Source: Octopus bimaculoides
Taxonomy: Eukaryota
NCBI RefSeq assembly: GCF_001194135.2
Contig: NC_068985.1
Span: forward strand, 46,363,676-46,421,100
Reading direction: 5' to 3'
DNA: 57,425 nt
Below the pieces are notes generated by a model. It was given only the letters and a program-made list of their open reading frames with translations. It had not been told where the DNA came from and did no database searches. Shown here piece after piece: positions 1 through 11,910 of the stretch; position 1 is the stretch's first letter, and each line of letters starts with the position of its first letter. Position numbers and translations under genes: made by a program.

Positions 1-148
1 CATCGTTTAACGTCCACTTTCCATGCTAGCATGGGTTGGACGATTTGACTGAGGACTGGTGAAACCGGATGGCAACACCAGGCTCCAGTCTGATTTGGCA
101 GAGTTTCTACAGCTGGATGCCCTTCCTAACGCCAACCACTCAGAGAGT
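1..148 (-). mobile_element. Family A: 3' end of a non-LTR retroelement, cut by window edge
   Basis: Reverse complement of the ...CCAACCCATGCTAGCATGGAAAG(C/T)GGACGTTAAACGATG end shared with copies at 26171, 49984 and 54985. Confidence 0.8.
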
Positions 149-1193
149 ATATGTATATATATGTACATATATATATATATATATATGTACATATATATAT
201 ACATGTATATGCACACACACATATAAATATATATTTCCCTTCTACCTCCTCTGTTCTGTGAACTCTTTTGCTTCCATTATAATTGAGGTCACATTCTACT
301 GAATTTTCCCATTTACATTCAGAGGTCACAGAGCCTTTACCCTTCATTCATAGAATTAATGAAACACACACTATCAATTCTTCTGTGTCTATATAATCTT
401 TTAAAACATATAAGCTTTTTCTTTTTATATATTTACATCTGTTTTTATAATTTCGTTTTCAATTGGATTTCAGAAGTATTTTCATATTTTCCTTATATTT
501 TCTCATATTTTTTTCCTTTAAACATGTCAGTCATTTCAAAACAATTTTGCTAGTTTTTAAGTGACTATTGCTCTAATACATGTTTTTTTTTTCCCCATTT
601 TATATTTGTCTGCCTATTGATTTAACTGTCTTGCTCATAGTTTTACAATTCATTTTTTTTTTATTTTGATCTTTACCGTTTACATAATAAAGCAATCAAT
701 CATTATTTCAATAAATCTAACAAAATAGTTGTTAGATGGTGCTGGCATTGTTGATGATAATGTTGTTAGTGTTGAATGTTTCTGCAAGTAAAACGACAAC
801 ATTAATATCAACAAACATTTTAAGCTTTAGGACAGAGATAGATTATAAGAAAGTGAAAGAAAGAAATAGAAGGGGTGATGGAGTAGGACTAAGTATAAAG
901 TTTTAAAAAATGTTATAGATTTGAGATCTGTTATTTGGTGAGTTGAATGGAATATGGGCAGTTGGTTGGTTCAGGAAACACTTGTTACTTATCAGATCAC
1001 CAAAGTTAATCAACCTCAAGCTAGATCTTTACTGCGATGGCTTTTCCTTTGGAGATCCAATATTCAGTGCTAACCAGATGCAGACAGTAAAAGAAAACAT
1101 AAACATCAGAGAAAGACATACATGGCAATATCCTTCTCTTTAGAACCATCAGAAGATAATTTGAGAAAGAAGTAATGCATATTGTATTGTTTA

Positions 1194-1233
<40 letters not shown>

Positions 1234-1397
1234 ATTATTATCATTATTGTTGTTGTTATTAATTAAAGGGGCATTGTGGTAGAATGTCTAAAATGTTTGA
1301 TCATTGACTCAAATGTTGTGTATTCAAAATACTAACATATAAATGTTCAGACATTAGAAAAGTGCACGTGTATGTATGTGCCTATATATGCATAGAC

Positions 1398-1398
1398 A

Positions 1399-1443
<45 letters not shown>

Positions 1444-1472
1444 ACACATACACACATACACACACACATACA
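1398..1472. repeat. (CA)n microsatellite with degenerate CATA tail
   Basis: Direct reading. Confidence 0.95.
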
Positions 1473-2462
1473 CATGCATAATGTATGTATATATTTGTAT
1501 TTATAGAGAGTGAGATAGGTAAAATGTAGCCAAATAGATAATCAGATAGGTAATTTTTCAACTGATACTCTTTTAACCATTTCTAGCTGCCAAGATTAAA
1601 TATACCCATAGTAGGAAGAAAATGTAGGTCAAACAGCAAAGGCAAATAAATAGATAAATGTGAGAAAAAAAAAAAAGCCAATATCATGATTACTATTCTC
1701 CGAACATACATTTCCCCCTTCAGTCAAACTCTTTCTATAGACTCTCACTCTCTTAACAGAGTCTAGTTTATAATTCTTCACATTTACACATGCAAGCTTC
1801 TCTTTCAAAACCACTCACAAAATCTGGCCTGCTTCCCAACTAATGAAATTCATTCCGTTCCACTTCCTGGATCTTTGACACACCATGTGATTGGCCCAAT
1901 TTCTTCAAATCTGGAGGGATAGTTCAAGGTCCTGACAAACTAAACAGTTTTTTTTTTCCTTCCTATTTCCATTTTAGAAGCAACAGTTTTAAATCTTCCC
2001 CCTTTCTCCCTTCTTTTCACTTCCTTTTCTCTGTGTGCATGTTTATTTTTCTTAAATAGAATTCAATTTTCTAAGAAAACATGGATGTGATAAAATGGTT
2101 CCAAAAATGGGTTGGGAATGGTGTGATGAGGAACTACCGAGGACTGGTTAATTGTTGAGCATTTGAATGGTTACATCTATTTTAAGTTCTAACTTTATTG
2201 GCGTCAATGTTTTCTCTTTGTGTTGTTGATAAAATATTATCAACAAACTAAACTCTAAACCTGACCACAATTAAATTAACAACTGATTTCAAATATATCA
2301 ATTAATTAGTAATATACTGGGACCATTAATCAAAAATTACACTTTTTATGATGTTAAATTTGTAGTTTTCAAAATCACCAATATTCATTTAACACTAATT
2401 TAACTTTACGGAGATGTACTTGCATAGCAAGTGACCTGATCTGAGATCGCGTGCTGGAACGA

Positions 2463-2599
2463 AAACAATTGCAGCGTGGAAGGTGTTTATAAGCCATTTA
2501 AAATAACACACAAAAATCGTTAGATTCACTTCAACAATCTAATGGTTTTTGTGTGTTATTTTAAATGGCTTATAAACACCTTCCACGCTGCAATTGTTT
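2463..2599. repeat. Near-perfect inverted repeat, 64-bp arms, 9-nt loop
   Basis: Arms 2463-2526 and 2536-2599 are reverse complements at 62 of 64 positions. Confidence 0.95.
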
Positions 2600-3566
2600 A
2601 CTAATTTAACCCTTTAGCATTTAACCTGACCATATCCAGCCCAGATATTCTTCCTGTTTTATGTTCAAACTGACCATGTTCTGCTTCTCACATTTACCCT
2701 ACAATATCATTCTAAAAAATGAACCATCACATCATCAAAACCTCAAAGTCATGAGATAATGCTGAAGGGTGAAACTAGTTGAAAAAAGTTAACGTATTTA
2801 ATTTTTTTACTTGTTTCAGTCATTTGACTATAATCATGCTGGAGCACTGTCTTATGTTGAAAGTATTAAAGAATAGTGTTGAAATATTTTCTGTAGTGGT
2901 GGGAAAGCCCTATTAGCTCAGTAACTAATATTATTTTAATCATTTTGGCAAGTACTAACATTAACTTAACTATTGTTTTTCATGTGTAATTAAACTTGGT
3001 GATATACTTCTTTATTTTAGCTTATTTTATGAAAGCAGACAGTATTTAAGATGTATTTGGAAATCTCCACTCAAAGAAAGAGAAAGAAAAACAAATTGTT
3101 ATCACACTTAAATTTAGCTCTAATAAGCTTCTTTTCCATTTGATTTGCCTTCTATTTTTGAAAACAAGATGTTTTAGTGTTTAAATGCTTCACTACCAAA
3201 GTTTATTTAATCTGCAACCTGTGTTCCCTAAGTTAAGCACTTTATGCATTTAGTTACCAAAACACTTTGTCACTTACAGAGAGCATTAAAACAAAAAAAT
3301 TCTAACATCCATTTTTACATATAAAATTGAATGACACTGCAAATTTATACAGGGACATGGATCATATTTCAACAAAATTTCTTCTTTTAAGCTACTCGGC
3401 TATGAAATGTGCTGGTTGTATCTTTTCTGTTCTGTTAGATGCAATACAGTCACATATACATGCTATATTAGCAACAGAATTTGATATGATGATCAACAGC
3501 ATTTATTAATGCACCATATCTTAATACTAATTGTTTTTTCTCATTGCTTCTAATGGGGCAAAGAAT

Positions 3567-3780
3567 GGTGAATTGTCGTGAATTGTCAGAAGTGTTAAAG
3601 CATCAGATAAAATGCTTAACTGTATTTAGTTACAGCTCTTTGCTCTGAAATCCCACCAAAGTTGACTTTGCCTTTCATCCTTTTTGGTTGATGAAACAAA
3701 GTTCCTGTCAAATACTGGAGTTGATGTAATTGACTCGTCTCCTCTCCTCAAAATTGCTAACATTGTGCCTGAGTCAGAAA
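3567..3780 (+). mobile_element. SINE family F, decayed copy
   Basis: Shares GGTCGACTTTGCCTTTCATCC...GATGTAAT core with copies at 7530, 11153, 17167 and 51414. Confidence 0.7.
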
Positions 3781-3882
3781 TTGTTTATTTCCTATGTGAC
3801 ATTCCATTATAAATGAGGAAAACATTTAGTTTGGTAGCATGTATCATACTTTATACACATACATGCATATGGGTAAATGTAA

Positions 3883-4302
3883 GAGCAAGCAAGTTAGACA
3901 AGTCAGTATACAAAAAATATTAAATACATTTAATACAAAAAATGTACATATGTATGCATATAAAAAAGAAGTTCAACTTACACTGAATATAAATGATATC
4001 AGGAATTAAAAGGGTTGAGTAAGAATTTTATGAGTTCAACAGCTGTTTCTGGGGTGTTGGTGGCCAAAAATAATGATTGTAACTTGATTCCATCATCAGA
4101 TAACACCAGCCTCCGTCTTCAGGGAAGAATTTTACATTTGAGGTGTTGACAGAATGGAGTTTTTAGATGGAATCCCTTTAATTCCTGATATCATTTATAT
4201 TCTGTGTAAGTCTGAATTTTTTTATATGCATACATATGTACAGTTTTTGTATTAAATGTATTTAATATTTTTTTGTTTATTGACTTGTTTAACTTGCTTC
4301 TC
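3883..4302 (-). mobile_element. Fold-back element with ~130-bp inverted arms around a hammerhead-like core; probable Penelope-like fragment
   Basis: Arms 3883-4014 and 4174-4302 are reverse complements with few mismatches; minus-strand spacer has CTGAAGA/CTGATGA ... GAAAC-AGCT-GTT. Inverted repeat seen directly; Penelope assignment inferred. Confidence 0.6.
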
Positions 4303-4388
4303 CTTGCATTTACTCCACTATTTGCTCAAGTTCAAATCTCTTGAGCGCACTACGAAGTGTATTCTATACAGAGAATACCTGTCTCTAA

Positions 4389-4417
4389 TCTATCTGTCTG
4401 TCTGACTATCTGACTGA

Positions 4418-4497
<80 letters not shown>
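4389..4497. repeat. (TCTG)/(TATC)n tetranucleotide microsatellite
   Basis: Direct reading. Confidence 0.95.
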
Positions 4498-4505
4498 ATA
4501 TGTAT

Positions 4506-4700
4506 ATCATCATCATTTGACATCTGTCTTCCATGCTGGCATGGGTTGGACTGTTTGACCAGACCTAGCAAGTAGAAGAGCTGCACCAGATTCCAGTTTG
4601 GTCTTACTTGGTTTCTATGGCTGGGTGCCCTTCCTAATCAACCACTTTACAGAGTGTGCTGGGTGCTTTTTCTGTGACATCAGCATGGGTGGTTTTACGT
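4506..4700 (-). mobile_element. Family A retroelement 3' end, diverged
   Basis: (CAT)n tail then TTCCATGCTGGCATGGGTTGGA...GCCCTTCCTAAT. Confidence 0.7.
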
Positions 4701-5139
4701 GGCACCAGCTGGGATGCTTTTCAGGTGTCATCACCACAGGGCTCTGACAGGTCAATCCTCTTCAGCAGGGTGATCAGCATTAACTCTCCTGCTGTGGAGG
4801 ATGGGTCTTCTTGAGGTTTCTACATAGCTTCTGTCTACCAGCTTAACTTGGTCAACCCAGGACCCTTTGCCCAAGTTTCATGCAATAGGTTAGAACACGA
4901 CACCTCTTGTTTTATGATGTGAACCCGGCCACAGGCATGCACATGCGCACACACACACACATTATTTAATAACAGTTTGATTCGGTTCCAATGAATTTGG
5001 TTTCTATAACAAGATTACTCCATTTGATAAGCCAATGATACTTTAAATTGTATGGAACTGACTCAAACTGATGTGAAATAATATATGTAACTCCTCTTAA
5101 ATGTGTTGAGTGCCAGTATCTTCCATATGTTCACTCACT

Positions 5140-5174
<35 letters not shown>

Positions 5175-5184
5175 ACACGTATAT

Positions 5185-5215
<31 letters not shown>

Positions 5216-5221
5216 TAATTA

Positions 5222-5446
5222 TGAGGGCCTGCTGAAAAGTTCCTGGCTCTAATAGTATTGCGAAAGGCCTGGTTCAAGGCCCAACCTCCTGAATCCTTTT
5301 ACAGGGCTTAGAAAAACTGAAGGACCACTGCAATAAGTATGTGAAAAGTATGTGAACCTGTAAAGGGAATATGTTGAATAAAATCATAATTAACTGATCC
5401 TGTGTTTTCTTTTACCCAATGCCAGGAACTTTTCAGCTCCCCCTCG
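5222..5446 (+). mobile_element. Mariner-derived MITE (225 bp)
   Basis: TIRs TA|TGAGGGCCTGCTGAAAAGTTCCTGGC ... GCCAGGAACTTTTCAGCTCCCCCTCG|TA; TA flanks; internal remnant reads LQGLEKLKDHCNKYV...EYVE*, resembling a mariner transposase C-terminus. Confidence 0.8.
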
Positions 5447-5474
5447 TACATACATACATACATACACACACACA

Positions 5475-5534
<60 letters not shown>

Positions 5535-5849
5535 NNNNNNNNNNNNNNNNNNNNNNNNNNNNNNNNNNNNNNNNNNNNNNNNNNNNNNNNNNNNNNNNNN
5601 NNNNNNNNNNNNNNNNNNNNNNNNNNNNNNNNNNNNNNNNNNNNNNNNNNNNNNNNNNNNNNNNNNNNNNNNNNNNNNNNNNNNNNNNNNNNNNNNNNNN
5701 NNNNNNNNNNNNNNNNNNNNNNNNNNNNNNNNNNNNNNNNNNNNNNNNNNNNNNNNNNNNNNNNNNNNNNNNNNNNNNNNNNNNNNNNNNNNNNNNNNNN
5801 NNNNNNNNNNNNNNNNNNNNNNNNNNNNNNNNNNNNNNNNNNNNNNNNN

Positions 5850-5878
<29 letters not shown>
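5475..5878. repeat. (CT)n microsatellite spanning N-gap 5535-5849
   Basis: Direct reading. Confidence 0.9.
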
Positions 5879-5882
<4 letters not shown>

Positions 5883-7031
5883 GTGTATATCTGAATGCTT
5901 GTATGTAGTAAATTCTTTGAAAAACTGCTTGCAGCCATATATTTGATTTATGGTTGGACTTTCCCATGCTTCACTTGAACAATATTGGTAATATTTCTCA
6001 GAGAAGCAGAAAGGCATGCTTTTCACAACCCCTAATCTCTTCCTCCTCATCTGAATCCTGACAGCTTCTCTTCGTGCCGGCTAATGAAAACAGTCTGGGG
6101 ATGGGGCGGGTAGAAACTATTTCACTGTATCCGTATCCTTTCACTAAAGACACTATGATATCATAGCAGTTGCACCCGGAACTGAGCTTGTGAATTATAA
6201 ATGTTGTGAAGAGACAGTCAGACAGACAGAGAGACAGCCAGACAGACAGGGAGACAGCCAGACAGACAGACTTACATGCAAATATACAAACACATAATAC
6301 ATGCATAGATGTCACAGTGTAATGAAGAGAACTGCAATGTGTATTGCTGTAAATGAAGCATGACCAAATTGGGCTCTATGTGTGCAGCGTCATGAACTGT
6401 TCAAAACTATACATAATGCGGTGTGTAGGTGTGCATATATGCACGTGTGAATGCATGTGTATGTTGTCAAATACACAGGCACATTTATATTGCTCTTTAT
6501 ATGTCCGTGTGTCTAGAACAGTGGTGTATTGTAATAGACAGACGTATAATGTAAAAAATGTGTGTCTGTGTTCAGAAGCCTTTATTTTCTCTACATGCAT
6601 ATATATGTTTGTTGGTTTTGAGTGTTGTGTATTTATGTATAACTAGGAGTAATTGAATTTGTGTGTGTGTGTGTGTGTGTGAGACATGTATAAATATGTG
6701 TGTGCATAAATGCATGCATGAATATGTACATACGTATTACTCTTGTGCATGTACAAACATGTACACACATACATCTTGTCGTGCAAAGGTTATTGTAATA
6801 TGCCCATGACATATAAGCATATCGTGTGTGTCTGTGTGTACATATATCGCTGCGTGTACTTGTGTGTGTGTCCATGAAGCATACATCAGAATATGATACA
6901 AACACATGTACCAACATAGACACCACATAAAGAATAGTAGCCCAGTAGGCGCACAGATGGATGATGGCCAGCTAGATAGATGGATACAATGAAAATCAGA
7001 TTTGCAGAGGGAGAAGCAAATCAATACAATA

Positions 7032-7072
<41 letters not shown>

Positions 7073-7274
7073 GGGAGAGAGAGGAGGAGGAGGAGAGCAA
7101 AATAAAATGTTTAAACTGGATTGACAAGTTTTCTTAAGTTACAAACAGAATTATGTGAAACAACCACTGAAAATGGAACGGACCAGTAAATTTGGACTGA
7201 AATATCATCGACTGTTTCATAATGGAATGACTCATTGCTTCCTGGTTCATGTTTTCTTAACTTAAAAAAAAATG

Positions 7275-7500
7275 ATGGTTGTGTGTTAAGAATCTTGCTT
7301 CCCAGCCACATGGTTCTGGGTTCAGTCCCATTGCATGGCACCTTAGACAAGTGTCTTCTACTGTAGCCTCAGGCCAACCAATGCCTTATGAGTGAATTTG
7401 GTTAGAGGAAACTGAAAGAAGCCTGGTTGTGTGTGTCTTGTTTACATCTCTGTAACTTAGCAGTTCAGCTAAAGAGAATGACAGGATAAGTATCAAGCTT
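7275..7500 (+). mobile_element. SINE family C, diverged
   Basis: GGTTCAGTCCCA..GCATGGCACCTTAGACAAGTGTCTTCTACTGTAGCC...GAAACTGAAAGAAGCC core. Confidence 0.75.
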
Positions 7501-7529
7501 TAAAAATAAAAAAATCCTTTCTACTAAAG

Positions 7530-7711
7530 AGGAGGGGAGACTAGTCGATTACATCAACCCTAGTGTTTAACTGGTACTTATTTTATTCACCCTGAAAGGA
7601 TGAAAGGTAAAGTCGACCTTGGTGGAATTTGAACTCAGAAAATAAACACAGACGAAATATCCCTAAGCATTTTGTCCAGCATGCTTAATGATTCTTTTAG
7701 CTTGCTGCCTT

Positions 7712-7712
<1 letters not shown>
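7530..7712 (-). mobile_element. SINE family F
   Basis: Reverse complement of the family F core (GGATGAAAGGTAAAGTCGACC). Confidence 0.75.
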
Positions 7713-7756
<44 letters not shown>

Positions 7757-7932
7757 GTATTGTGGGTGATACATTCAACTAAAATTCAAGGTGGTGCCCC
7801 AGCATGACCACAGTCTAATGACTGAAACAAATAGAAGATAAAAATAAGCTACATGAGAAGCAATGTTCTTACTCATCAGTCAGCACTTGCTGAAATATAC
7901 TGTGATGCCTAATTATATAAGAGTTTATTTAT

Positions 7933-8189
7933 GTGGCTGTGTGGTAAGTAGTTTGCTTACCGACCACATGGTTCCGGGTTTAGTCTCAGTGCGTGGCACC
8001 TTGGGCAAGTGTCTTCTATTATAGCCTTGGGCCGACCAAAGCCTTGTGAGTGGATTTGGTAGACAGAAACTGAAAGAAACCCGTCGTATATATGTATATG
8101 TATATATATATGTGTTTGTCCCCCCCACCCCCAACATCGCTTGACAACCGATGCTGGTGTGTTTACGTCCCCGTAACTTAACGGTTCAG
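7933..8189 (+). mobile_element. SINE family C, truncated by gap
   Basis: tRNA-like head GTGGCTGTGTGGTAAG...GGTTCCGGGTT, conserved core and internal (TA)n. Confidence 0.85.
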
Positions 8190-8413
8190 NNNNNNNNNNN
8201 NNNNNNNNNNNNNNNNNNNNNNNNNNNNNNNNNNNNNNNNNNNNNNNNNNNNNNNNNNNNNNNNNNNNNNNNNNNNNNNNNNNNNNNNNNNNNNNNNNNN
8301 NNNNNNNNNNNNNNNNNNNNNNNNNNNNNNNNNNNNNNNNNNNNNNNNNNNNNNNNNNNNNNNNNNNNNNNNNNNNNNNNNNNNNNNNNNNNNNNNNNNN
8401 NNNNNNNNNNNNN

Positions 8414-8466
<53 letters not shown>

Positions 8467-8529
8467 ATACATATATATATATACACACACCTCTCTTTGT
8501 GTTTACCATAGACCACTGGGTCATGATTT

Positions 8530-9050
8530 CATTGTTTTGGGACATACATAGCTAGGGTTGTTTGTTTTTAGTCCCAGGTGAACTCTGACTAAGACCTATG
8601 ATCAAAGTTATTCCAGCCATGACCTCTCCATTGTATCAAAAGTATGTCTGTGGCTACATTACCAAATGTGTCCTTTCCTTTCTCAAAAGAGTAGGGTATG
8701 ATAGGAGGGAATTTAGCTGTTGTTTCTAACAAGTTGAATAAACATTTAGCAGCCTCTCTCATATAGTCAGGTAAGGCTCAGCTTCTATGTAGTGTATCCT
8801 GGGTCGTTTTTGTTTAGCCCCATGTCAGCTCTAATTGAGCAGGCCCTATGATCAAAGACATTCTGGCCATGACCATCCTGTTTATTTTTCTTCACAAATG
8901 TGTAGCCTCTTCTACATTATTCCAACGTGTCCTTTTGTTAAGTTGGTAAGTGTGGTTTGATGGAGAGATGAGACTCTATCTTTAACTAGTTTGAGTAACC
9001 ACTTTGAAGTTTCCTAGTTAGCTTGTATATCTAGGATAATTTAAGCTAGT
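8530..9050 (+). repeat. Two tandem decayed copies of unclassified interspersed repeat G
   Basis: GACCTATGATCAAAG..ATTCCAGCCATGACC...ACATTA..CCAA..TGTGTCCTTT occurs twice; related segments near 23340, 43321-43945, 45230 and 48140. Confidence 0.6.
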
Positions 9051-9068
9051 GGAGCTCATCCTGTATAT

Positions 9069-9316
9069 CAGGGGTTTTCAAACTTTTTGACTTGCGGACC
9101 CCTTTATATTTCACGCTTATGAAATTTATACATAAATATTTGCTTAAAATAACATATATTTTTACATTTATTTATTTAACCGTATTTAACAAAATAGGTT
9201 TATTGTCAATTAAAAGATTTCGATTAAAAAACATATATAAAATCAAATTGCCCATAAAAAGTATTTGCTGTCCACGGACCCCCTGTGGTCTGCGGACCAC
9301 AGTTTGAAAACCCCTG
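9069..9316. mobile_element. hAT-type MITE (248 bp)
   Basis: Perfect 16-bp TIR CAGGGGTTTTCAAACT; 8-bp TSD CTGTATAT/CTCTATAT (1 mismatch); second copy at 34100. Confidence 0.9.
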
Positions 9317-10237
9317 CTCTATATCATATATTAAAACTTTTTTGTACCTTGCTGGAGCTCTTCCTGAGTCAGTATATATTTCTAGGAGGAATTAAAGTCA
9401 CCATTGCAAGACAAATAAATACTTATTAATCATATAGTGTTACCATTAGCGAATTGTACAAAGTACTTGATATATTCATCATAATGAGAAATAAGAGGAT
9501 AATTTGATCTGAAACAACTTTAAAATACCTAAACAGCTCATTAATTATAGAGTTTGAATCAGTTCTTTGTTCTACTGAATATTTTATTAATTGGACAGTT
9601 GCTAATGACTATTAATATTGATATCAAAAGTTGTGCTGAAATATGTAGGAGGGGCAGAAAGTGGCTGTCCATTAAATGTATTTACTGCTCAGTGCCGGAA
9701 TGATGATTTCAGTAGTATAGACAGGTGAGGTAAATGGAATGTGCATAATGGAAAATGTTGTTTGTAAGGCAGTAGTGGATGGTACAGGAAATTTGGTAGT
9801 TAGATCATATCTGAGACATTTGAAGGCATAATTAGTGGTAGTAGAGATGATGAAGATAATCACAGTTATGAGCTGAGATTAATTTGCATTTCTCTATTTC
9901 AGCCTTAATAGAATGAGTAGCATAATTGCCTCCTTGATATATTGTTTGTTGATAACTTTTTTTCATACAAGCTAGCATTTTCTTTCTAATTTGCTTAACT
10001 GAAAGAGGCAAAATGAAATGAAATGATGAGAAAGTATACGACAATAGTACCACAATAAAAAACCAAAATATGTATATATTATACTTCAACCAACAAATTA
10101 TTTTTGTGATACCTTGTAGCTTCCTTACATAAATACATTACAGCAGTTTTGATGTTAGAAATGTGAAATAAATATTTATTACTGTTCTCAGATATTTTTA
10201 TGTTAACGATAATGACACAATTGAATATATTTTGCAG

Positions 10238-10379
10238 ATTATATCAACCATCTTCACGACGTCCCGTAGCCTTTTCACCAAGTGCTGATATGGGATTAAC
10301 GGATATTGAAATGGCTCATGCATATGAATTTGAAGACCCTTATTTTGATGATGATCGGGCATATGATATGGAATATGAG
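10238..10379 (+). CDS. Internal coding exon of an unidentified gene (142 nt, phase 2 to phase 0): LYQPSSRRPVAFSPSADMGLTDIEMAHAYEFEDPYFDDDRAYDMEYE
   Basis: Acceptor atattttgcag ends at 10237; donor GAG|gttagt at 10380; open frame of non-repetitive, protein-like sequence inside AT-rich flanks. Protein not recognised. Confidence 0.8.
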
Positions 10380-11152
10380 GTTAGTATCACTCTGGATTTT
10401 CATTAAAGTCTGTAGTAAAACTATGAGTTTGCAAAGGTGAATGAGTCAAAGAGCTACAGTTCAATGCTGCTACATGCACACACATGCATAAAACTACATA
10501 CACATACAGACTACAAACACACACACACATGTGCATGTGCATGCGCATACACACAGACGACACAACTACACATGCACACACACTACCATGCTCCAAGATG
10601 CATTATAATTACATGCCTCAGAAAACTTAAAATTGTTCAACAGCAATTTAATTATTACTAATTAAAGTAAGTAGTTGCCAATTGCTTTTACTTTTTTAAA
10701 ATGAATTTGCCAGATGAAGGAGACTAGCACTCATTACCTTTCTCAGAGCCTCCAAGAGTTCAGAGAGGTGTGGGAATTATCCTTAAGACAAAGTTTAGGC
10801 CCAGTTCTTACAATAAATTGGAATTCACTAAAGGTATTCAAGGGTCAGTTGGTGGGGATTAACCATTACATGGTTTACTTGATGTAACTCTTTATGAAAT
10901 TGCATAAATTTTAGGCTCATATTACTGTAGAATGTTTAGCACATACAACTTTTAACATTCATCTTTGACGTTATTCGTGAAGCTCTCAAATATATAAAGC
11001 AGGATTGGGTAGCGAGACAGAGTGAAACCAGTAGAATAGAAGTTGCTTATGGCTAAGTAAACCCATGATGGAAATTAATACGGCTACTTCAGGAACCCAT
11101 TTCAAATACATATCTAAAAATAAGATCTTATATACCTGAGACATTTGGACAT

Positions 11153-11363
11153 GGTGAGCTGGCAGAATTGTTATCACACCTGGTAAAATACTTAGTGGCA
11201 TTTCATCCATCATTACATTCTGAGTTTAAATACTGCTGAGGTCGACTTTGCCTTTCATCCTCTCAAGGTTGATAAAATAGGTACCAGTTGAGTACTGGGG
11301 TTAATGTAATTGACTTGCACCCTCCTTTAATATTGCTAGCTTTGCACCCAAGATTTGAAACCA
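11153..11363 (+). mobile_element. SINE family F
   Basis: GGTGAGCTGGCAGAA head, TTCTGAGTTTAAATAC B-box-like motif, family F core. Confidence 0.8.
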
Positions 11364-11593
11364 ATATACTTGAAGCATTTGTTATCCCAGTATAAAATCA
11401 GAAAGGTAGCTAAAGTTACTTGATGATACAGACTGGGAGGAAAAGGGATTTATTCAGTATTTCCAGTGTAATAAACTGAAATATTTACCTGAGAAATATG
11501 AAAGGAGCTACAAACTGTAAAGAATTCTCAAACCAATGTGAAAGTGCAGACACACCTTAGTGGCATGCATAGTGACACATATGTTTAAGGCAC

Positions 11594-11910
11594 GAGGTGC
11601 ATGGCTCAGTGGTCAGAGTATCAGGCCCACAATCATGAGGTAAGTGAGTTCAATTACCAGACCGGGTTGAGTGTTGTGATCTTGAACAAAGCAGTTTATT
11701 TCACACTGCTCCAGTTCTCTTGGTTGTAGAAATGAGTTGCGACATCACTGGCACCTTGAATAACATCGGTGGTGTGGAGAGGAGAAGAGAGGCTGGTATG
11801 CATGGGCAACTGCTGGTCTTCCATAAACAACCTTGCCTGGACTTGTACCTCGGAGGGTAACTTTCTAGGTGCAATCCCATGGTCAGTCATTACTGAAGGG
11901 AATCTTTACC
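11594..11910 (+). mobile_element. SINE family D, near full length
   Basis: A-box TGGCTCAGTGGT, B-box-like GAGTTCAATTACC; body matches reverse complements at 19897 and 28374. Confidence 0.85.

Noticed and set aside
1819-1931. Minus-strand coding exon (cag...gtgagt)
   Set aside because: Stops in all three frames; the donor may derive from a decayed SINE C CCACTCACAA motif.
5308-5967. ORFs containing X-runs (also at 7957, 18322, 27957, 32458, 38123, 51504, 56172)
   Set aside because: They read through N-gaps and flanking microsatellites.
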